Positions 58,883 to 64,000 of a stretch of DNA of 64,000 bases are shown piece by piece (positions within the stretch are counted from its first letter, which is position 1; every line of letters starts with the position of its first letter). The position numbers and the translations under genes are program-made. The DNA is from Candidatus Poribacteria bacterium. GTDB lineage: Bacteria > Poribacteria > WGA-4E > WGA-3G. The stretch lies in NCBI GenBank assembly GCA_965242965.1, contig OZ251518.1, positions 3,872,001 to 3,936,000 on the forward strand, written 5' to 3'. The notes under the pieces were generated by a model that saw only the letters and a list, made by a program, of their open reading frames with translations, did not search any database and was not told where the DNA came from.

Positions 58883-60388
58883 ATGAGTCTTTTGGGTATT
58901 GATGTCGGCACAACTGGATGCAAAGTGATTGCGTTTCGTGAGGATGGCGAAATTCTCGCGCAAGCTTATGGCGAATATCCACTGATACACCCGCAACCCG
59001 GCAGATCGGAATTGGACGCGAATGTCGTCTGGGACAACATCGCCACCTGTATTCGGCAGGTAGCGGCGCAAACACACGCCGAACCGATTGAGGCGATTAG
59101 CGTCGCATCGCAAGGCGAAGCGGTAACGCCTATCTCGGCGAACGGCGAGATTCTGGCGAATGCTGTCACGACGTTTGACGATAGGACCGCGGGCATTTGC
59201 GATGAGCTCAAGGGGGAGACCACGCCGTTGGAAGTAATGCGCATCACCGGCATGCCGATGAGCGACATTCACACTCTGCCGAAACTTATCTGGATGCAAC
59301 GGCATCAGCCGGATATCTACCGACAGGTGTGGAAATTCCTTGGGTTTGAAGATTTCGTCTATTTCCAACTCGGCATTCCGCCGGTGGTGGATTATTCGCT
59401 CGCCGCGCGCACGATGGCGTTTGATATTATTGACAAAACCTGGTCGGAAAAAATGCTCGGTTTGGGGGATGTGGATGCAAACCTCTTGCCGGATACCGCG
59501 CCTTCAGGGACTATCATCGGTGAGGTGAGTCCGAAAGTCGCCGATGAATTGGGGTTGCCGCGGGGTGTCGTCGGAGTCACAGGAGGGCATGACCAGCCCT
59601 GCGGCGCACTAGGTGCTGGCATTATTCGCAGTGGCGAAGTGATGGATGCAACCGGCACGGTGGAGTGCATCGCGCCGGCGTTTACTGAACCGATTATCAA
59701 TCAGCGGATGATCGATGGAAATTTCGCGTGCTATCCGCATGTCGTCAATGGGCTTTATGTTACGCTTGGGTTTGTCTCCAGCGGTGGGGTTGTGTTGCGC
59801 TGGTATCGCGATACCTTCGCGCAAGCAGAAGTGGCGCAAGCGGATGCGGAAGGCCGCGATGTCTACGACATGCTCCTCGCCGAGATGCCGGATGCACCTG
59901 CCACGGCGATGTTGCTGCCGCACTTTACTGGTTCCGGGACACCTTCCTTGGATTTGGAGTCAAAAGGCGCGATTGTCGGGTTAACGCTCTCCACAACGCG
60001 AGGCGAACTCGTCAAGGCGATTCTGGAAGGCATCAGTTATGAGATAAAACAAAATCTCTCTATGCTGCAGGATGCGGGTGTTGTAATTAACGAGGTGCGC
60101 GCTATCGGCGGCGGCGCGAAATCTGAAAAGTGGTTGCAACTCAAGGCGGACATGTTCGGCAAAAAAGTAGTCGCACTGGACATATCCGAAGGTGTATGCC
60201 TCGGCACGGCGATTTTAGCCGGCACCGCTATTGGTAAATACGATTCGGTCGAGGCGGCGGTTGAACAACTGGTTACGCCGCGCGCAGTCTATTATCCGCG
60301 CGAGGATGTCGCCGCATATTACGATGAAAAACTGGCTGCTTACGCGCAGATTTATCAGGCGTTGCGCGCGTTGAATTATCAATTGTAA
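58883..60388 (+). CDS. FGGY carbohydrate kinase (xylulokinase-like)
   Basis: GIDVGTTGCK, GGHDQ and GGGAKS. Confidence 0.92.
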   Translation: MSLLGIDVGTTGCKVIAFREDGEILAQAYGEYPLIHPQPGRSELDANVVWDNIATCIRQVAAQTHAEPIEAISVASQGEAVTPISANGEILANAVTTFDDRTAGICDELKGETTPLEVMRITGMPMSDIHTLPKLIWMQRHQPDIYRQVWKFLGFEDFVYFQLGIPPVVDYSLAARTMAFDIIDKTWSEKMLGLGDVDANLLPDTAPSGTIIGEVSPKVADELGLPRGVVGVTGGHDQPCGALGAGIIRSGEVMDATGTVECIAPAFTEPIINQRMIDGNFACYPHVVNGLYVTLGFVSSGGVVLRWYRDTFAQAEVAQADAEGRDVYDMLLAEMPDAPATAMLLPHFTGSGTPSLDLESKGAIVGLTLSTTRGELVKAILEGISYEIKQNLSMLQDAGVVINEVRAIGGGAKSEKWLQLKADMFGKKVVALDISEGVCLGTAILAGTAIGKYDSVEAAVEQLVTPRAVYYPREDVAAYYDEKLAAYAQIYQALRALNYQL

Positions 60389-60446
60389 CCTGTTCGTCAC
60401 CGTAGCACGGGGGCCTGTCCCCGCGCACCACAACATCGCGATTCTT

Positions 60447-61400
60447 ATGAACAAACACGTTGTAGGCATTGACATCGGCGGGACGAAACTTGCGACTGTC
60501 GTTGCCGATGAAAAGGCGAACATCCTCCATAAAGTGCGCAGGCCGACGCTCGCAGAAAAGGGACCGGATTATGCCATCCAACTCCTTTTTGATATGGTTG
60601 ATGAAACCGTCGCCGCGGCGGGTTTGACACGTGATGCGATTTCTGCGATAGGCGTAAGTTGCGGCGGACCGCTGGATACAAAGACCGGGGTTGTCTATTC
60701 ACCACCGAATTTGCCGGGGTGGGACGCGCTGCCGCTCAAGGCGCGCCTAGAATCAGAATTCCAGATTCCGACGATAGTCGAAAACGATGCGAACGCTAGC
60801 GCGCTTGCGGAATGGCGGTTCGGCGGTGGACGCGGCCACGAAATTGTCCTCTATATGACGATGAGCACCGGCATCGGCGGCGGGCTGGTTGTCAACGGAC
60901 AAATTTATCACGGTGCAAACGATAGCGCGGGTGAAGTCGGACATCAGATTCTTTTGCCGGACGGACCGCGGTGTGGATGCGGGCAACGCGGATGTCTGGA
61001 GGCGTTATGTTCCGGCCCCGCGATTGCGAGACGCGCGCAAAAAGCCGTTCAGAAAGAACCGACGACAACTATCCTGAAATTAGTTGACGGAGACGTTGAC
61101 GCTGTCAAATCGGAACATGTGCTTGCGGCGGCGCGCGATGGCGACGCGTTGGCACTGCAACTGATACAGGAAACCGCCTATTACATGGGCTGGGGAATTG
61201 CAAATCTTGTCAACATTTTGAACCCCGACATCGTCTTAATTGGGACAATTGCGATGGCTGCCGGGGAGTTGTTACTTCAGCCGATTCGGGAGACAGTGGC
61301 GAAAATGGCGATGGCGCGTCCGGTGGAGGCGGTGCAAATCATGCCGGCGCAACTCGGGGAGAATCTGGGAGATATGGCGGCGATTGCGTTGGTGATATAA
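60447..61400 (+). CDS. ROK-family sugar kinase
   Basis: GIDIGGT, ENDANA and GEVGH..CGCGQRGCLE. Confidence 0.93.
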   Translation: MNKHVVGIDIGGTKLATVVADEKANILHKVRRPTLAEKGPDYAIQLLFDMVDETVAAAGLTRDAISAIGVSCGGPLDTKTGVVYSPPNLPGWDALPLKARLESEFQIPTIVENDANASALAEWRFGGGRGHEIVLYMTMSTGIGGGLVVNGQIYHGANDSAGEVGHQILLPDGPRCGCGQRGCLEALCSGPAIARRAQKAVQKEPTTTILKLVDGDVDAVKSEHVLAAARDGDALALQLIQETAYYMGWGIANLVNILNPDIVLIGTIAMAAGELLLQPIRETVAKMAMARPVEAVQIMPAQLGENLGDMAAIALVI

Positions 61401-61486
61401 CCGCGCCTACGGGACTACGGAAAACGGCAAGATGGCGAGGGACATGCCCACGCCCCACGGGATAGAGGACGGGAAAGAGGAACTTC

Positions 61487-62053
61487 ATGGACAGAATTCA
61501 GGACTACATTTCACATTTGCAGGGTGTTTTGACACGTCTGAACTTGGCGGACGTGCAAAGTTCGATAGACGCAGTTATGGATGCCTATCGTGCCGAGAAG
61601 CAGATTTTTGTCATCGGTAACGGCGGGAGCGCGTCTACGGCATCGCACCTCGCCTGCGATCTAGGCAAAGGCACGAGTGTTGCAGGGAAACCGCGATTCC
61701 GCGTCATCAGCCTCACTGACAACGTCGCGACGATGACGGCGTGGGCTAACGATGTGGCTTATGAAGATATCTTCGTGGAGCAGCTCAAGAACCTCGTGAA
61801 CCCCGGTGACTTGGTTATCGGTATCAGTGCGAGCGGCAATTCGGAGAACGTCCTCCGTGCGATGCGGCACGCGGTGGATATCGGGTGTGAAACGGTGGGG
61901 TGGTGCGGCTTCGGCGGCGGGGAGTTGGCGGAACTCTGTGACATCAGCGTTGTAGTAGACAGTGACAGGTATGGGCCCGTGGAAGATGTGCATTTGGTGT
62001 TGAACCATGTGTTGCATGCGTGGATTACGGAGGAGTTTTCCTTAGGTGAATAA
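61487..62053 (+). CDS. SIS-domain GmhA-like phosphosugar isomerase
   Basis: GNGGSAS, AND..YE, SASGNS and EDVH. Confidence 0.88.
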   Translation: MDRIQDYISHLQGVLTRLNLADVQSSIDAVMDAYRAEKQIFVIGNGGSASTASHLACDLGKGTSVAGKPRFRVISLTDNVATMTAWANDVAYEDIFVEQLKNLVNPGDLVIGISASGNSENVLRAMRHAVDIGCETVGWCGFGGGELAELCDISVVVDSDRYGPVEDVHLVLNHVLHAWITEEFSLGE

Positions 62054-62092
62054 CAGCCTGAAATGCCGACAGGCGGTAGGAGGTTCCCTTGC

Positions 62093-62698
62093 ATGGCCTA
62101 TAGCAATTTTACTTTGGATTCAGTGCAAGAAACGTTTCACCTAGAACAGGTGAACGCGCCCGGCATTTTCGCCGGTATTGAACCGGTGGAACCGAGCGCA
62201 CATCTCAAAGCAACATTGGAACGCAACGTTCCGTTCGCCTATGCTATCGGCACCGAGAAAGCACGCTCCGAACTCATCATCGCCGATGTTCTCGTTGAAC
62301 TCTGCATCCACACGGCATATCGCATCAGTCTCTTTTCAGGGATTGACTTCAACGTTGATACTCAGGCGGAATTAACTGGTGTTTGCGATTTTGTGATGAG
62401 TCTGTCGCCGGGGCAATTCGCTTTGGAGGCACCTGTCATTATCCTCGTGGCAGCGAAAAATGCGGACGTGAAACTCGGGCTCGGGCAGTGCGCGGCTGAG
62501 ATGGTGGCCGCGCAACGTTTTAATGCGCAGCGGGGAAATGATATTCCTTGCATCTATGGGGCTATCACATCGGGCATCGATTGGCTGTTTCTGAAGTTGG
62601 AGGGACAGAAACTCCAGATAGATATGGCGGCTTACACAATCGAGCGGTGTGACAAGATTCTGGGTATCCTTGCAAGCATGGCAGCGCAGAAGGCGTAA
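62093..62698 (+). CDS. PD-(D/E)xK-like hypothetical protein
   Basis: MAYSNFT, TEKARSE, GVCDF and GLGQCAAEMVAA. Confidence 0.75.
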   Translation: MAYSNFTLDSVQETFHLEQVNAPGIFAGIEPVEPSAHLKATLERNVPFAYAIGTEKARSELIIADVLVELCIHTAYRISLFSGIDFNVDTQAELTGVCDFVMSLSPGQFALEAPVIILVAAKNADVKLGLGQCAAEMVAAQRFNAQRGNDIPCIYGAITSGIDWLFLKLEGQKLQIDMAAYTIERCDKILGILASMAAQKA

Positions 62699-62717
62699 CG
62701 GTTAAACTGGTTAAACT

Positions 62718-62980
62718 GAGGGCGTTTCATAAATCGCCCAACGTCGCGGTGACAGGCCCACGCGCCGGGTAGGAGAGACCTCCTGGTCTCGATGAGGTAA
62801 GGCGTGCCCGCCTGACATGCTTGTGCTCAGACGTTTGCAAACAACAGTGGGCATCTCAATGTCTTCCCGATACGCATCACATTGAGACGAGGAGGGCGCG
62901 CTGACAGGAAAAATCGAGACCGGGAGGTCTCTCCTACGGGGACATCACTTGCATCGAGACCAGGAGGTCTCTCCTACCAA
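62718..62980. repeat. REP cluster starting GAGGGCGTTTCATAA
   Basis: GTAGGAGAGACC family units. Confidence 0.75.
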
Positions 62981-63050
62981 AAGGGCACAGGAGTCACCGG
63001 CTCCCCCAAGAACGCAAACTTTTACCGAAAAACTGGCGGAACTAGAACCA

Positions 63051-63458
63051 ATGTCAAGTCAGAGAATAGAACAAGACTTTCTCAAGAGTGCCTCAGCACA
63101 GATTCGGCTGGCCGTTGATGGCCATGAACGTTTCCGTGTGTTGACACCGTTCATGTTTGACGATGGCGATTGTCTTGTCATTGTGCTGAAAAAGATGGAT
63201 GGGCGGTGGGTGCTGTCGGACGAAGCGCATACCTACATGCATCTCTCATACGATATTGATGAGAAGGCACTTCATCGTGGCACGCGCCAGAAGATTATCG
63301 CCGGCACCCTCTCCATGTTCGGAATGGAAGAACGGGAGGGGGAACTCATCCTGGAGGTGCGGGACGCGCGCTACGGAGATGCGCTGTATGCATTCGCGCA
63401 AGCACTTCTCCGGATAGCAGACGTGAAGTATTTGTCAAAGAAACATACGCAAATGTGA
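63051..63458 (+). CDS. DUF1828-domain protein (short)
   Basis: TPF.FDDGD.L.I and WVLSDE.HT. Confidence 0.7.
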   Translation: MSSQRIEQDFLKSASAQIRLAVDGHERFRVLTPFMFDDGDCLVIVLKKMDGRWVLSDEAHTYMHLSYDIDEKALHRGTRQKIIAGTLSMFGMEEREGELILEVRDARYGDALYAFAQALLRIADVKYLSKKHTQM

Positions 63459-63588
63459 TAGAGAAAATGTGATAAGGAACATGTGAAAACGCAAGTGTCC
63501 TGAGAAAATTCAAATTTCCTTGACACACGATGCAGGGATAATGTATACTATATTGAAAACGTTCTCAATCTTGAAAGGAGTCATGATT

Positions 63589-64000
63589 ATGAAACGCGCA
63601 CGAACATTCAAAAACGGGATGCCATATCATTTTCTCATCCTTGCCATCGGCTGCCTTTTCATCAATTCCGGTGCGATGGCGGCAGATGAGGCACTCGTCT
63701 ATGTCATCGACATCCGCAACGAAATCGGCAGCGGCGTGAGCTCCTATATCAGTCAAGGGATTCGCCTCGCGGCGGAGGCAGAGGCTGATGCCATCGTTTT
63801 TGATGTGGATACGCCTGGCGGCCGCGTGGATTCTGCTGTTGACATTATCCGTGCAATTCAGGCGACAGAGATTCCGACTATCGCCTTTGTGAACCGCCAA
63901 GCGATTTCGGCAGGCGCGATGATTTCCGCCGCGTGCTCGCAGATTGTGATGACATCCGGCGGCACCATCGGTGATTCCGCACCAGTCAACATTCAGGGAC
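63589..64000 (+). CDS. NfeD-family membrane serine protease, truncated by the window end
   Basis: Manual translation gives a signal peptide, then VYVIDI..EI, VDTPGG and AISAGA; AAGGAG RBS. Confidence 0.85.
   Translation, partial: MKRARTFKNGMPYHFLILAIGCLFINSGAMAADEALVYVIDIRNEIGSGVSSYISQGIRLAAEAEADAIVFDVDTPGGRVDSAVDIIRAIQATEIPTIAFVNRQAISAGAMISAACSQIVMTSGGTIGDSAPVNIQG

Overview
Bacterial chromosomal window, probably Candidatus Poribacteria (inferred from a lamin-tail surface protein, expanded DNA methyltransferases, many sugar-catabolic enzymes and dense GTAG-REP repeats). Housekeeping genes (mnmA, secDF, apt, tRNA-Arg, rpe, tatD, murA, hisD) and sugar enzymes are interleaved with accessory genes. 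These include two beta-class MTases, paired HEAT lipoproteins, an ECF sigma locus, two DUF6884-like paralogs, a sigma-54 activator, HigB and VapC toxins, and HEPN-like proteins. By hand tally about 8 kb is modular REP-like palindrome clusters of several families; no transposase, cas gene or true CRISPR array was seen. The main oddities are: (1) a HigB toxin paired with a HigA-like antitoxin whose HTH is replaced by TPR repeats; (2) REP elements inserted in-frame in proteins and supplying stop codons; (3) a 1-nt poly-C frameshift that disconnects a large surface protein from its promoter and RBS; (4) a tandem Hfq-like protein; (5) a roughly 170-bp four-repeat palindromic cassette with fixed-length variable spacers; (6) a duplicated ECF-type promoter. 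All calls come from reading motifs by eye; no database searches were run.
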